From: an uncultured Nitrospiraceae bacterium
Lineage (GTDB): Bacteria > Nitrospirota > Thermodesulfovibrionia > Thermodesulfovibrionales > SM23-35
Length of the DNA: 64,000 bases
Direction of reading: 5' to 3'
Assembly: GCA_963727775.1 (NCBI GenBank)
Contig: CAVSHB010000002.1
Span: 448,001-512,000 of the forward strand
How positions within the stretch are numbered: the first letter of the stretch is position 1; every line of letters begins with the position of its first letter. The translations under genes and the position numbers were made by a program. The notes below the pieces were generated by a model, which saw nothing but the letters and a program-made list of their open reading frames with translations, was not told where the DNA came from and made no database searches. Of this stretch, positions 9,141 through 19,686 are shown piece by piece.

Positions 9141-10195
9141 AGGATATTATAGGACAAGATAAGGCTATCGGCATACTCCTGAGAACTATCCAGAGAAGAA
9201 GGGTCCCCTCATCGTATCTGTTTGCAGGAGAATCGGGAATTGGGAAGAAACTTGCAGCTGTCAATCTTGCCAAGGCACTGAACTGTCTTGCGACTTTGCC
9301 TTCACCCCTTGCCAAGGAGGGGATTGAGATGGGGTATGACTGTTGCGATGAATGCGATTCGTGCAGGAAAATAGACCACGGCGTTCATCCTGATTTCCTC
9401 TTAATATCTCCTGAGGGCGGGCAGATCAGGATCGAAGAGATTCGCGCGACTGACGAAGTCCTTTCCCTTAAGGCATTTGAAGGCAAATATAAGGTTTTGA
9501 TAGTAGATGATGCGGATACGATGAACCAGAACGCGGCAAACGCTTTTCTCAAGACACTCGAAGAACCTCCTGAAGACAGCCTGATAATCCTTATATCATC
9601 AAACCCCGACCGCCTCCCTGATACCATAAGATCGCGCTGTTCGAGGATCAACTTTACCCCGCTTTCTCAGGAAGATTGCGAAGAAGTCATCAATAAAGTC
9701 ATTAATAGACAGAAGAGCAGAGTGGAAGCAAAACAAAGAAGAAGTGAAAAAGTATCAAAACCTCCGGTGCCTCCCGGACCTTTGGCTTTATCACTTATGG
9801 TGCGTCTTTCGATGGGGAGACCCGGTGTCGCGATAGCGGAAGGCCTCATTGAAGAAAGGGAATGGTTTATAAATCTCCTGAATGGGATGCTGAATGCCGA
9901 GAAAGACTCATGGGCGTCAAAAGAAGAAATGGAAAAATGGTTTGACTATTTACTGATTTTACTCAGAGACATGACGGTCATGAAGATAACCGGCAGCGAA
10001 GCGGGTCTCTTTAATATAGACCTTAAGGATTATTTGTATAAGTTAAGCAGTTCACTGGATGTAAAGGTTATAATAGAAAATTATCAAAGACTGAATATTT
10101 TAAAAGGATATTTTAATTTTAATCTGAATAAATCCCTCACATGGAACTATACAGGGTCTTTGTTGAGAAAAACGATTGGAGTCATAAATGCCTGA
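9134..10195 (+). CDS. holB: DNA polymerase III delta-prime subunit
   Basis: LKDIIGQ, YLFAGESGIGK, Zn-binding CDECDSC, AANAFLKTLEEPP, TIRSRC. Confidence 0.93.
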   Translation: MLKDIIGQDKAIGILLRTIQRRRVPSSYLFAGESGIGKKLAAVNLAKALNCLATLPSPLAKEGIEMGYDCCDECDSCRKIDHGVHPDFLLISPEGGQIRIEEIRATDEVLSLKAFEGKYKVLIVDDADTMNQNAANAFLKTLEEPPEDSLIILISSNPDRLPDTIRSRCSRINFTPLSQEDCEEVINKVINRQKSRVEAKQRRSEKVSKPPVPPGPLALSLMVRLSMGRPGVAIAEGLIEEREWFINLLNGMLNAEKDSWASKEEMEKWFDYLLILLRDMTVMKITGSEAGLFNIDLKDYLYKLSSSLDVKVIIENYQRLNILKGYFNFNLNKSLTWNYTGSLLRKTIGVINA

Positions 10196-11048
10196 TGTTG
10201 TAGGAGTAAGGTTTAAACCCTGCGGGAAGATTTACGACTTTGAGGTCGACGGCATAGATGTCGGTAAAGGTGACCTTATTGTCGTTGAGTCCGAACTCGG
10301 ACTCAATATGGGGAATGTCGTTATAAAACGCCATACTGTAGAAGACCAGGAAAGAAAGCTGAAAAAAGTTATCAGGAAGGCAACAGAAGAAGACCTCCTG
10401 CAAAAAGAGGAAAACAAGAATCTTGAAAGAGAAGCAAGGGCCAATTGTGTCGAAAGAATAATGGCCCGGGGTTTGCCCATGAAACTTGTCAGCACAGAGG
10501 TGACCCTTGACAGAAAGCGTATTATCTTTTATTTTACCGCAGACAAAAGGATAGATTTCAGGGAACTGGTCAAGGACCTTGCATCAAAATTCAAGACAAG
10601 GATTGAGATGAGGCAGATAGGTGTAAGGGACGGAGCAAGGATAGTGGGGAACCTGGGGATATGCGGGAGAGAGTTGTGTTGCACAAAATTTCTGACAACA
10701 TTCGAACCCATCTCTATTAAGATGGCAAAGAAACAGGAGCTTGTACTGAATACCGGCAAGTTGTCGGGGGCATGCGGCAGGCTCATGTGCTGCTTGGGGT
10801 TTGAGTATTCCGAGACCTCCCTCATGGCTGAAAGCGATACCGTATCTGTTTCCGAAGAAGATATGGAGGAGGCAGTTGTCGCTTCAAGTGAAACACCGGC
10901 GGAGCCTGCCGAGCTTGTTGTTCAGCCTGAATTATCATTGCGGGAAGAACCGGAGCAGCCTGCCGGTCCGGAAAACAAAACGGAAAACAAACCGAAACGC
11001 AGGAAATGGCATCCAAGGAAACGCAGGAGAAAACCACAGACTAAATGA
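10188..11048 (+). CDS. yaaT: PSP1/YaaT (RicT) domain protein
   Basis: FYFTADKRIDFRELVKDLA, RIEMRQIGVRD, GICGRELCC, CGRLMCCL. Confidence 0.9.
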   Translation: MPDVVGVRFKPCGKIYDFEVDGIDVGKGDLIVVESELGLNMGNVVIKRHTVEDQERKLKKVIRKATEEDLLQKEENKNLEREARANCVERIMARGLPMKLVSTEVTLDRKRIIFYFTADKRIDFRELVKDLASKFKTRIEMRQIGVRDGARIVGNLGICGRELCCTKFLTTFEPISIKMAKKQELVLNTGKLSGACGRLMCCLGFEYSETSLMAESDTVSVSEEDMEEAVVASSETPAEPAELVVQPELSLREEPEQPAGPENKTENKPKRRKWHPRKRRRKPQTK

Positions 11049-12622
11049 AAAAAAAGTTTTTTATTACCACGCCGATTTATTACGTGAACGATGTCCCCCA
11101 TATCGGTCACGCATATACAACTGTTGCTGCGGACATCCTTGCCCGATACAACAGGTTAAAAGGGAACGAAGTGTTTTTTTTAACAGGCACTGACGAGCAC
11201 GGGCAGAAGGTCGAAAAAGCTGCTAATGAGAAAGGTATGACGCCTAAAGAGCATGCCGATACTATGGGGGAGAACTATAAAAGCCTCTGGATGAAACTCG
11301 ATATTCAGAACGATGCCTTTATCCGCACAACAGATAAACCACATATGGAGATAGTACAGGCAATACTCAAACAGCTCTTTGAAAAAGGCGAAATAGAAAA
11401 ACGGTTGTATTCAGGGTGGTACTGCGTGCCGGATGAGCGTTTCTGGACGGAAAAGGAGGTCCTGGACGGAAAGTGTCCTGATTGCAAAAGACCTGTTGAG
11501 CATATCTCGGAAGAGAACTATTTCTTTAAAATGTCAAAGTATCATCAACAGCTCATCGACTATATTGAAAAGAAAAACCCTATGTACATCCTACCCGAGA
11601 CACGAAAAAATGAGGTGTTGGGATTTTTAAAAAATAACATTCTGGGGGACCTGTGTATATCAAGGCCGAAACAGAGACTCTTATGGGGGATACCGCTACC
11701 TTTTGATGATAAGTTTGTAACCTATGTGTGGTTTGACGCATTGCTCAATTACTACTCTGCAACAAAATATCTCGCGCCTGAATCTCAAACCTCAGATATC
11801 AAATCTGACTACTGGTGGCCGCCGGACCATCACTTGATAGGAAAGGATATCCTTACAACCCATGCTATCTACTGGTCAGCCATGCTGATGGCTCTCGAAA
11901 TGCAGTTGCCGAATAATATCTTTGCGCATGGATGGTGGACTGTTGAGGGCAAGAAAATGTCGAAATCTCTGGGTAATGTTGTAGACCCCCATAAAGTTGC
12001 AGACACATTCGGGACCGACCCTTTCAGGTATTTTCTTTTCAGGGAAGTGCCGTTCGGACTTGACGGAGATTTCTCCGAGCAGGCGATGGTGCAACGCTTT
12101 AATACCGATCTTGCGAATGACCTCGGGAACTTATTGAGCCGTTCTCTGACGATGATAGAAAAATACAGAGGAGGAGAGGTTCCCCCGCCGATCGACAGTA
12201 AAGACAGAGAAGATTTTGAAAAAAGAATCCAGGCTTTGTTTACGGATAAGGAGAGCGGTATTAAGCACAGCTATGAAAACTTTCTGGAGAAACTTGAATT
12301 CCATCATGCTCTCGGTCAATTATGGTTTGCAATAAATGAGGTAAATGAATATATTCAGCGCGCAGTTCCGTGGAAAGAAACCGACCAGGGGACTTTGTCG
12401 AATGTACTCTATACCCTGTGTGAGGTGCTGCGGCTTATTGCTGTTTTTCTTTTTCCTTTTATGCCCTCCACTGCGGATAAGATATGGAAACAGCTTAACC
12501 TTGAAGGAGATATATCCAAGGTAGATTTTGACACAGAGGTACAATGGGGGAGATTAAAACCCGGGATAAAGATCAATAAAGGCCCGGCTCTGTTCCCGAG
12601 GATGGAAAAAAAGAACAAGTGA
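11045..12622 (+). CDS. metG: Methionine--tRNA ligase (short form, no C-terminal tRNA-binding domain)
   Basis: TTPIYYVN, HIGH, GTDEHG, YVWFDAL, KMSKS. Confidence 0.97.
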   Translation: MKKKFFITTPIYYVNDVPHIGHAYTTVAADILARYNRLKGNEVFFLTGTDEHGQKVEKAANEKGMTPKEHADTMGENYKSLWMKLDIQNDAFIRTTDKPHMEIVQAILKQLFEKGEIEKRLYSGWYCVPDERFWTEKEVLDGKCPDCKRPVEHISEENYFFKMSKYHQQLIDYIEKKNPMYILPETRKNEVLGFLKNNILGDLCISRPKQRLLWGIPLPFDDKFVTYVWFDALLNYYSATKYLAPESQTSDIKSDYWWPPDHHLIGKDILTTHAIYWSAMLMALEMQLPNNIFAHGWWTVEGKKMSKSLGNVVDPHKVADTFGTDPFRYFLFREVPFGLDGDFSEQAMVQRFNTDLANDLGNLLSRSLTMIEKYRGGEVPPPIDSKDREDFEKRIQALFTDKESGIKHSYENFLEKLEFHHALGQLWFAINEVNEYIQRAVPWKETDQGTLSNVLYTLCEVLRLIAVFLFPFMPSTADKIWKQLNLEGDISKVDFDTEVQWGRLKPGIKINKGPALFPRMEKKNK

Positions 12623-12691
12623 TACGAGGACCGTTCTTGACTTCCAAATAACCTCTCGGATAATATTAAGGAATTTAATTAATCTAACAAA

Positions 12692-13150
12692 ATGACAATC
12701 GCAATCGGCTGTGACCACGCAGGGGTCGAGCTTAAAAAAGAGATTTTATCCTTATTACAAGAACTCCAAATCGAGTGCGTTGACTATGGCACGGACACCC
12801 CTGAATCGGTAGATTATCCTGACTTCGGGGAAAAGGTATCTGAAGCCGTTTCATCCGGGAAAATAGAAAAGGGGATACTCATTTGCGGTACCGGGATAGG
12901 GATGTCCATCGTAGCAAATAAATTCCCTGACGTAAGGGCATCATTGTGCAATGAGCTTTTCACCGCAAAGATGAGCAGGCTCCATAATAATGCGAACGTC
13001 CTTGTCCTCGGCGGCAGGATAGTCGGGAAAGACCTCGCGAGGGAGATCGTCAGGACGTGGGTAAGCACTCCTTTCGAGGGAGAAAGACACAACAGGAGAC
13101 TCAAGAAAATAACCCTTATAGAGGACCGGTTAAAACGCCATGGTATTTGA
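12692..13150 (+). CDS. rpiB: Ribose-5-phosphate isomerase B
   Basis: [28 protein letters not shown]. Confidence 0.96.
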   Translation: MTIAIGCDHAGVELKKEILSLLQELQIECVDYGTDTPESVDYPDFGEKVSEAVSSGKIEKGILICGTGIGMSIVANKFPDVRASLCNELFTAKMSRLHNNANVLVLGGRIVGKDLAREIVRTWVSTPFEGERHNRRLKKITLIEDRLKRHGI

Positions 13151-14378
13151 AAGTTTAAAAGCCTCTGATCCTGAAGTATTTGACGCTATACAAAAAGAAA
13201 TAAAAAGAGAAAGAAGAAACATAGTTCTCATCGCGTCCGAAAACTATGTGAGTCCATCTGTGCTTGAGGTACAGGGCTCGATCTTTACAAACAAATATGC
13301 GGAAGGATATCCCGGTAAAAGGTATTATGGCGGTTGCGAGTATGCCGACATAGTCGAAACCCTTGCCAAAGAGAGAGCAAAAGAGCTATTCGGTGCGGAG
13401 CATGTCAATGTCCAGCCGCATTCAGGGACCCAGGCTAATATGGCGGTCCTTTTTTCCGTGCTTAAACCCGGAGATACGATACTAAGCATGAGCCTCAGCC
13501 ACGGTGGACATCTCTCTCACGGGGCCTCTGTAAACTTTTCAGGGATGTTTTACAAGACTATATCATATGGGGTCAACAGAGACACCGGATATATTGATTA
13601 TGACGAGGTGAGGCGCCTTGCGCTGGAGAATAAACCCAAAATGATCCTTGTCGGTGCAAGCGCATATTCAAGGATTATTGATTTCAAGATATTTTCAGAG
13701 ATCGCAAAAGAAGTCGGCGCATATCTCATGGCGGATATCGCCCATATAGCAGGACTCATTGCTGCCGGCTTGCACCCATCCCCGATACCTCATGCCGATT
13801 TTGTCACATCGACAACCCATAAGACCCTCAGGGGCCCAAGGGGCGGGCTGATCATGTGCACGGCAGCTTATGCAAAGGCAATTGACAAGATGATATTCCC
13901 CGGAATACAGGGCGGTCCCCTGGTGCATGTTATAGCGGCTAAAGCCGTTGCCCTGAGAGAAGCCCTGAGTCAAAAATTTAAAGACTACCAGGTTATGGTC
14001 GTCAAGAACGCAAAGAAACTCGCTGAGGAGCTGATAAAAAGTGATTTTAAGATTTTCTCGGGCGGCACCGACAACCATTTGATGCTCGTGGATCTCGCGA
14101 ATAAAGGTATCACCGGGAAGGATGCTGAAGAGGCCCTCGGTAAGGCCGGGATAACGGTAAATAAAAATGTAATACCATATGACGAAAGATCCGCCACTAT
14201 AACAAGCGGGATAAGGCTCGGCACGCCTTGTGTTACAACAAGGGGCATGGGCGAAACAGAGATGGTTGAGATTGCCGATATAATATCTTCCGTCTTGAGG
14301 AACAACCATGACGCCGAGGCGATTAGTATCCTTTCGAAAAGGGTAGACGTCCTTTGTGATAGATTTCCCATATATTAG
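13140..14378 (+). CDS. glyA: Serine hydroxymethyltransferase
   Basis: [35 protein letters not shown]. Confidence 0.98.
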   Translation: MVFESLKASDPEVFDAIQKEIKRERRNIVLIASENYVSPSVLEVQGSIFTNKYAEGYPGKRYYGGCEYADIVETLAKERAKELFGAEHVNVQPHSGTQANMAVLFSVLKPGDTILSMSLSHGGHLSHGASVNFSGMFYKTISYGVNRDTGYIDYDEVRRLALENKPKMILVGASAYSRIIDFKIFSEIAKEVGAYLMADIAHIAGLIAAGLHPSPIPHADFVTSTTHKTLRGPRGGLIMCTAAYAKAIDKMIFPGIQGGPLVHVIAAKAVALREALSQKFKDYQVMVVKNAKKLAEELIKSDFKIFSGGTDNHLMLVDLANKGITGKDAEEALGKAGITVNKNVIPYDERSATITSGIRLGTPCVTTRGMGETEMVEIADIISSVLRNNHDAEAISILSKRVDVLCDRFPIY

Positions 14379-14412
14379 GTCCTTTTAGACCTTCATACTG
14401 TAAGAGGCTCTC

Positions 14413-14868
14413 ATGAAATGTCCCTTCTGTGGAAATATAGAAGACAAAGTCATAGACTCAAGGACAAGCAGGGAAGGCAATGCGATCCGCCGCAGGCGCG
14501 AATGCCTTAAGTGCGCAAAGCGGTTTACGTCTTATGAGCGTGTAGAAGATATTATCCCTATGGTAGTCAAGAAAGACGGCAGAAGAGAACCATATGAGCG
14601 GATGAAGATATTGTCCGGACTGAAGAAAGCATGCGAAAAAAGGCCGATAGGGATGGAAACCCTCGAAGGCATAACCGACACCATAGAAAAAAAACTCATA
14701 GGACTCGGGGTTAAGGAGATCCAGAGCACCTGGGTAGGCGAAGAGGTTATGTCATCTCTGAGGGAGCTTGATAAAGTCGCCTATGTAAGATTCGCTTCCG
14801 TCTATAGGCAGTTCAAGGACATCAACGAGCTGATGAACGAAGTAAAGACATTATTTGAACACAAGTAG
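14413..14868 (+). CDS. nrdR: Transcriptional repressor NrdR
   Basis: MKCPFC, VIDSR, RRRREC, VAYVRFASVY. Confidence 0.97.
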   Translation: MKCPFCGNIEDKVIDSRTSREGNAIRRRRECLKCAKRFTSYERVEDIIPMVVKKDGRREPYERMKILSGLKKACEKRPIGMETLEGITDTIEKKLIGLGVKEIQSTWVGEEVMSSLRELDKVAYVRFASVYRQFKDINELMNEVKTLFEHK

Positions 14869-14924
14869 TAACTTCTCTGATGTATCCGGACAAAAGTGTA
14901 CTTGCAATGCTGAATAGTGACCAA

Positions 14925-15686
14925 TTACAAATACAGCAGTCCCATCCCGCTGCCGGGATGGAAAGCTTTTCTGATGGCATGACCTACAAATTCCTTTGCC
15001 TTCCTGACCGATTCGAGCGGAGAGTGGCCGAGTGCAAGCGAGGCTGTGACGGCAGCAGAAAATGCGCATCCGGTGCCGTGGTATTCACCTTTTAATTTTT
15101 CGCCTTCAATAGGATAAAACTCTCCGTCATAATAAAGATCAAGTGCTATTTCCCTAAGGTGGCCTCCTGTGATTACAACAATGTCCGGCCCCATTTTCTT
15201 CAGCGTCCTGGCAGCTTCTTGCATACTGTTTTCATCTTCAATCATGACGCCTGTTAGGACAGATGCTTCATAAATATTCGGGGTGATTACTCTCGAAAAT
15301 GGGAAAAGTCTTTCCCGTATCGAATCTAATGTCCCATCATCAACGAGACTCATGCCGGATGAAGAAACAGTCACAGGATCAATGACAAGGTTTTTTAATG
15401 AATATTCCGTGATCATATCAGCGATTATCTCAACAGCCCACACACTGAAAAGCATCCCTGTCTTTAATGCGTCAGGCTTGATATCGGAAAGGAGTATATG
15501 CAACTGTTTTTCGAGGGTATTTCTATCGACAGGAAAGACTGAATCAACGCCTTCCGTGTTTTGCGCTGTAATAGCGGATGCGGCAGAAAGTCCGTGGACA
15601 TTAAAAGCCCTGAAGACTTTCAAGTCCGCCTGCAGCCCGGCCCCACCCGTTGGATCGGAACCCGCAATGGTGAGCGCCGTCTTCAT
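14925..15686 (-). CDS. thiD: Hydroxymethylpyrimidine/phosphomethylpyrimidine kinase
   Basis: ALTIAGSDPTGGAGLQADLK, HGTGC. The ATG at 15686 overlaps the thiC stop (ATGA). Confidence 0.95.
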   Translation of the reverse strand: MKTALTIAGSDPTGGAGLQADLKVFRAFNVHGLSAASAITAQNTEGVDSVFPVDRNTLEKQLHILLSDIKPDALKTGMLFSVWAVEIIADMITEYSLKNLVIDPVTVSSSGMSLVDDGTLDSIRERLFPFSRVITPNIYEASVLTGVMIEDENSMQEAARTLKKMGPDIVVITGGHLREIALDLYYDGEFYPIEGEKLKGEYHGTGCAFSAAVTASLALGHSPLESVRKAKEFVGHAIRKAFHPGSGMGLLYL

Positions 15687-16969
15687 TTCTTTTTCTTTAA
15701 AGCGCGCTCTACTGTCCTTATCGCGCAGAACTCTCCGCACATGCTGCAAACATCTTGTTCTGCCGGCGGCACTTCAGATCGCCATTGCTTTACGCGTTCC
15801 GGATTAAAACTCAATCCGATCTGCCCGTTCCAGTCGAGGTTTTTCCTGCACTCCGCCATCTTTCTGTCAAGTTCCACGGCTCCATGGACGCCTTTTGCAA
15901 TATCTGCAGCATGCGCCGCTATTTTTGAGGCAATAAGACCTTCTTTCACATCTTCGATATTCGGGAGCCTGATATGCTCAGCCGGGGTCACATAGCAAAG
16001 GAAATCGGCGCCCGCAGCGCCTGCGATTGCGCCTCCTATGGCTGCCGTTATATGGTCATAACCCATCCCGAGGTCGGTAACCAACGGGCCGAGAACATAA
16101 AAAGGCGCGCCTTTGCATACCTCCTTCTGGAGTTTGATATTCAATTCAACCTGGTTTAACGGGACATGCCCCGGTCCCTCGATGATTACCTGTACCCCTG
16201 CTTCGAGCGCCCTGTCCCTTAGTTCCCCGATAGTCAGCAATTCCTCTATCTGGCTTCTGTCTGTAGCATCTGCAAGGCAGCCGGGACGCAGCCCATCTCC
16301 GAGGCTCAGTGTTATATCATGTTTTTTTGCAATCTCCAGCAATCTGTCATAATGCTCGTATAAAGGGTTCTCTCTGTCGTTATAGACCATCCATTCAAGA
16401 AGGAATGAGCCGCCCCGACTTACAATATCGAGTACCCTCCCTTCGTCTTTAAGCCTTTCAACCGCTCTATTTGTTAGTCCGCAATGCACTGTAATGAAAT
16501 CAACCCCTTCTTCAACCTGCCGCTCTATAACACTGAACATATCGTCAGCCGTCATCTTTGAGATTGTACCGTACGTTTCAGCAGCAATAATTGCGGCCTC
16601 GTATATCGGAACTGTCCCGACTGATATGGGGGACTTTCTGAGCAATAGCTTCCTGAGGTCCTTAATCGGCCCGCCTGTCGAGAGGTCCATAACAGCATCG
16701 GCGCCGTATCTTACGAGGACATCGAGTTTTTCCATTTCGTCATCAAAAGAAATTTTGTCCTTTGATGTCCCTATATTTGCATTGACCTTTGTCTTCAATC
16801 CTCTGCCGATGCCGATGGGTTTTATAGTACGGCTTTTATTAATTGGAATTACAACCAGACCGGCAGAAATATCTGAGGCAAGTCTTTCAGGCGATACCCC
16901 TTCGGAGAGGGCAACCTTTGTTATCTCATCGGTAATAATACCTTTCCTTGCTGTTTCTATCCTTGTCAT
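15683..16969 (-). CDS. thiC: Phosphomethylpyrimidine synthase
   Basis: KVNANIG, MDLSTGG, SLGDGLRPG, EGPGHVP, CSMCGEFC. Confidence 0.97.
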   Translation of the reverse strand: MTRIETARKGIITDEITKVALSEGVSPERLASDISAGLVVIPINKSRTIKPIGIGRGLKTKVNANIGTSKDKISFDDEMEKLDVLVRYGADAVMDLSTGGPIKDLRKLLLRKSPISVGTVPIYEAAIIAAETYGTISKMTADDMFSVIERQVEEGVDFITVHCGLTNRAVERLKDEGRVLDIVSRGGSFLLEWMVYNDRENPLYEHYDRLLEIAKKHDITLSLGDGLRPGCLADATDRSQIEELLTIGELRDRALEAGVQVIIEGPGHVPLNQVELNIKLQKEVCKGAPFYVLGPLVTDLGMGYDHITAAIGGAIAGAAGADFLCYVTPAEHIRLPNIEDVKEGLIASKIAAHAADIAKGVHGAVELDRKMAECRKNLDWNGQIGLSFNPERVKQWRSEVPPAEQDVCSMCGEFCAIRTVERALKKKK

Positions 16970-17610
16970 TTCAGCAACCTCAAAAATTCCTCCGTTGTTT
17001 TTTTGATATTTTTTGTTGAAAATATCGCAGAGATTATCGCGACCCCATCAGCCCCGGCATCAGTCAATTCTCTAACCCGATCAGGTTTTATTCCCCCAAT
17101 CGCAAAGACAGGAATGGAAACATTGGACTTTGTTTCCCTGAGGACATCAATACCGATTGGATCACCGTATCTGAGCTTGGAAGGAGTCTTGTAAATGGGG
17201 CCGAGGGTTATAAAATTTGCGCCGTCTTTTTCCGCGTCGGACGCTTCACGAACGCTGTGTGCCGAGAGGCCGATCAGCAGATTATCACCGGATAATTTCC
17301 TGACTGCATGCGCCGGCATGCTGTTCTGTCCAAGATGGACCCCATCTGCTTTAACAGACAGAGCGACGTCGACCCTGTCGTTGATAAACAATTTTGCTCC
17401 GTATTCATTTGTCAATTCTCTCATCCACACCGCCATTCCAAGGAGTTCTTTTGTTGATAGATCTTTTTCCCTTAACTGGATATATTGAGCGCCTGCCTCA
17501 ATCGCACTCTCAACTGCAAGGTACATCGAACACTGGGTAGTAAACAGTCTCCGGTCGGTTATCAAATAAAGTTTACGTCCGGACTTTGACCTGCAACTTT
17601 CAGTTTTCAA
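16966..17610 (-). CDS. thiE: Thiamine-phosphate synthase
   Basis: LYLITD, QLREKD, INDRVDVA, GVHLGQ, AIGGI. Confidence 0.95.
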   Translation of the reverse strand: MKTESCRSKSGRKLYLITDRRLFTTQCSMYLAVESAIEAGAQYIQLREKDLSTKELLGMAVWMRELTNEYGAKLFINDRVDVALSVKADGVHLGQNSMPAHAVRKLSGDNLLIGLSAHSVREASDAEKDGANFITLGPIYKTPSKLRYGDPIGIDVLRETKSNVSIPVFAIGGIKPDRVRELTDAGADGVAIISAIFSTKNIKKTTEEFLRLLK

Positions 17611-17630
17611 CTCTTTTACTTCCCACTTTG

Positions 17631-18401
17631 TTACAGCATCCCCTCAATAGGGCTGCTTGCTGTGGCATAAAGCTTTTTAGGGATCCTTCCCGCTCTATAT
17701 GCGAGCCTTCCAGCAATGACGGCATGTTTCATTGCCTCTGCCATCGCGACCGGATCTTTTGCACCGGCAATCCCGGTATTGATCAGTACAGCATCACACC
17801 CGAGCTCCATCGCTATTGTCGCGTCAGATGCGGTTCCAACACCTGCGTCAACAATAATGGGCAACTGCACCGTTTCAAGGATTATCCTTATATTGAAAGG
17901 ATTTCTTATGCCGAGCCCTGAACCGATGGGCGCGCCAAGCGGCATGACCGCGGCGGCGCCGGCGTTCTCAAGCCTTTTTGCCATGATGGGGTCGTCATTT
18001 GAATAGGGGAGCACTATAAAACCTTCTTTTGCAAGAATCTCGGTCGCCTGCAGAAGTCCCCATGTATCGGGGAACAATGTTTTTTCATCTCCGATCACTT
18101 CAAGTTTTATAAGGTCTGAAATACCGGCTTCTCTTGCAAGCCGTGAATATCTCAAGGCGTCTTCCACCGTATAGCAGCCCGCAGTATTAGGCAGTATCTT
18201 GTATTTCCTGGGGTCAATATAATCAAGCAGGTTTTCAGACTTTCTGTCCAGGATATTAACTCTCCTGACGGCAACAGTCACAACATCCGCACCGGAAGCC
18301 TCAACAGCCTTTTTTGTTTCTTCAAAATCCTTATACTTCCCTGTTCCGACCCAGAGCCGTGACTGAAATTCAATCCCTTTTATGATCAGTTTATCGTCCA
18401 T
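17631..18401 (-). CDS. thiG: Thiazole synthase
   Basis: [35 protein letters not shown]. Confidence 0.97.
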   Translation of the reverse strand: MDDKLIIKGIEFQSRLWVGTGKYKDFEETKKAVEASGADVVTVAVRRVNILDRKSENLLDYIDPRKYKILPNTAGCYTVEDALRYSRLAREAGISDLIKLEVIGDEKTLFPDTWGLLQATEILAKEGFIVLPYSNDDPIMAKRLENAGAAAVMPLGAPIGSGLGIRNPFNIRIILETVQLPIIVDAGVGTASDATIAMELGCDAVLINTGIAGAKDPVAMAEAMKHAVIAGRLAYRAGRIPKKLYATASSPIEGML

Positions 18402-18416
18402 AATATTTCTTTAGAA

Positions 18417-18617
18417 TTATCCCCCTCCGACAAAATTTACTATCTCGACCTTGTCTCCTTCATGCAGTCTGTATGTTGAGTAGTTTGTCTTTTTAATGAT
18501 AGATAAGTTTACTTCAACAGCAACAAGACCCGGATTGACATCGATCTCCCGAAGAAGCTCCAGCACCGTTTCCGTATTTGCAGCCTCGACTATTTCTCCG
18601 TTTATTGTAAGTCTCAT
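18417..18617 (-). CDS. thiS: Sulfur carrier protein ThiS
   Basis: MRLTINGE...VAVEVN...EIVNFVGGG (C-terminal GG). The true start is ATG 18617; the longer ORF runs through the riboswitch. Confidence 0.93.
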   Translation of the reverse strand: MRLTINGEIVEAANTETVLELLREIDVNPGLVAVEVNLSIIKKTNYSTYRLHEGDKVEIVNFVGGG

Positions 18618-18622
18618 AAAAC

Positions 18623-18678
18623 AAAAAACCGCATCCTTGTCAGCCCCGACTGATCCGCGGTGGCGGAAAGGATACGGT
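18623..18678 (-). terminator. Riboswitch expression-platform terminator
   Basis: Minus strand ACCGTATCCTT...AAGGATGCGGT followed by a T-run, just upstream of thiS. Confidence 0.65.
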
Positions 18679-18684
18679 CGTCTT

Positions 18685-18778
18685 CCCATTTCCTCCGTCG
18701 GCATTACCCGTATCAGGTTCGCGGGGTCTCTTCACTATTAATAGAAGACTCTCAGGCTTTGGGCCTCCCCCAGGGTTC
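18685..18778 (-). promoter_or_regulatory. TPP (THI-box) riboswitch aptamer
   Basis: Minus strand GGGG...CTGAGA...ACCCCGCGAACCTGATACGGGTAATGCCGACGGAGG upstream of the thi operon; ends approximate. Confidence 0.93.
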
Positions 18779-18784
18779 AACTTA

Positions 18785-18814
18785 AGTATAAATGAGGGTT
18801 TTCATCGAAGTCAA
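18785..18814 (-). promoter_or_regulatory. Sigma70 promoter of the thi operon
   Basis: Minus strand TTGACT-18 nt-TATACT immediately 5' of the aptamer. Confidence 0.65.
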
Positions 18815-18918
18815 CGGGCGGACAGCGTTATAACCGCTCCCAAAAACAAAAAAGGAGGCGGTTGATGATCAGTTTGTGAGCAAAATGGGGCAAAGACCAT
18901 ATAGCTTGGAATCGGAAT

Positions 18919-19662
18919 TTATTTGGAAGCGAGCAAATTTATCTTGTGCGCGAGGCATCCCGCCCCGAAGCCGTTATCGATATTCATTACGGCAATTCCC
19001 GGAACGCAGGAGTTGAGCATCGCAAAGAGTGCAGTCAACCCGCCGAGGCTGGTGCCGTATCCGATGGATGTCGGGACCGCGATAATCGGTTTGTCTGTGA
19101 GGCCGCCTACAACCGAGGGCAAAGCCCCTTCCATTCCCGCGACTACTATAATGACTTTTGAAGCATTTAAGGACTTTTTGGAACCCATAAGTCTATGAAT
19201 CCCTGCTACTCCTACATCAAAGACAGCCTCGACTTTACTTCCCAAAAAAGATGCCGTTACCGCCGCCTCTTCAGCGACGGAGATGTCGGATGTCCCGGCG
19301 GAAAGTATGAGGACATGTCCTTTTTTCTTTTTTTCTGTGTTTGCCGTTATAGTCCCGGATAAAGGATGGTATACCGCGTCTTTGATAAGGAGCCTGTCGA
19401 ATATCTCTTTAGAAGCCTTTGTTATAAGCAACTTTTTGCTTTTATTATAAAGAGCATCGGCTATGGCAATAACATCTTCGGTCTTTTTCCCCTCGGCAAA
19501 TACGACTTCAGGAATACCCTGTCTTATCTGCCGGTGGTGGTCTATCTTGGCAAAAGACAGGTCTTCAAAGGGGAGGTGTTTAAGTTTGCTGAAAGCATTT
19601 TTTATAGTCAACTTGCCCGATCTTACAGATTCGAGAAGTTCTTTGATCCTTAATTCATCCAT
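18919..19662 (-). CDS. larB: Nickel-pincer cofactor biosynthesis protein LarB (AIR-carboxylase-like)
   Basis: FAKIDHHRQIRQGIPEVVFAEGK, AGTSD, DVGVAGIHRL, AGMEGAL, PTSIGYG, NIDNGFGA. Confidence 0.9.
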   Translation of the reverse strand: MDELRIKELLESVRSGKLTIKNAFSKLKHLPFEDLSFAKIDHHRQIRQGIPEVVFAEGKKTEDVIAIADALYNKSKKLLITKASKEIFDRLLIKDAVYHPLSGTITANTEKKKKGHVLILSAGTSDISVAEEAAVTASFLGSKVEAVFDVGVAGIHRLMGSKKSLNASKVIIVVAGMEGALPSVVGGLTDKPIIAVPTSIGYGTSLGGLTALFAMLNSCVPGIAVMNIDNGFGAGCLAHKINLLASK

Positions 19663-19686
19663 CGGGATTCACGGGTATGCAGGATG

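Noticed and set aside
18618..18704. N-terminal extension of ThiS in the ORF track
   Set aside because: It runs through the TPP riboswitch and terminator; the ThiS fold starts at ATG 18617.
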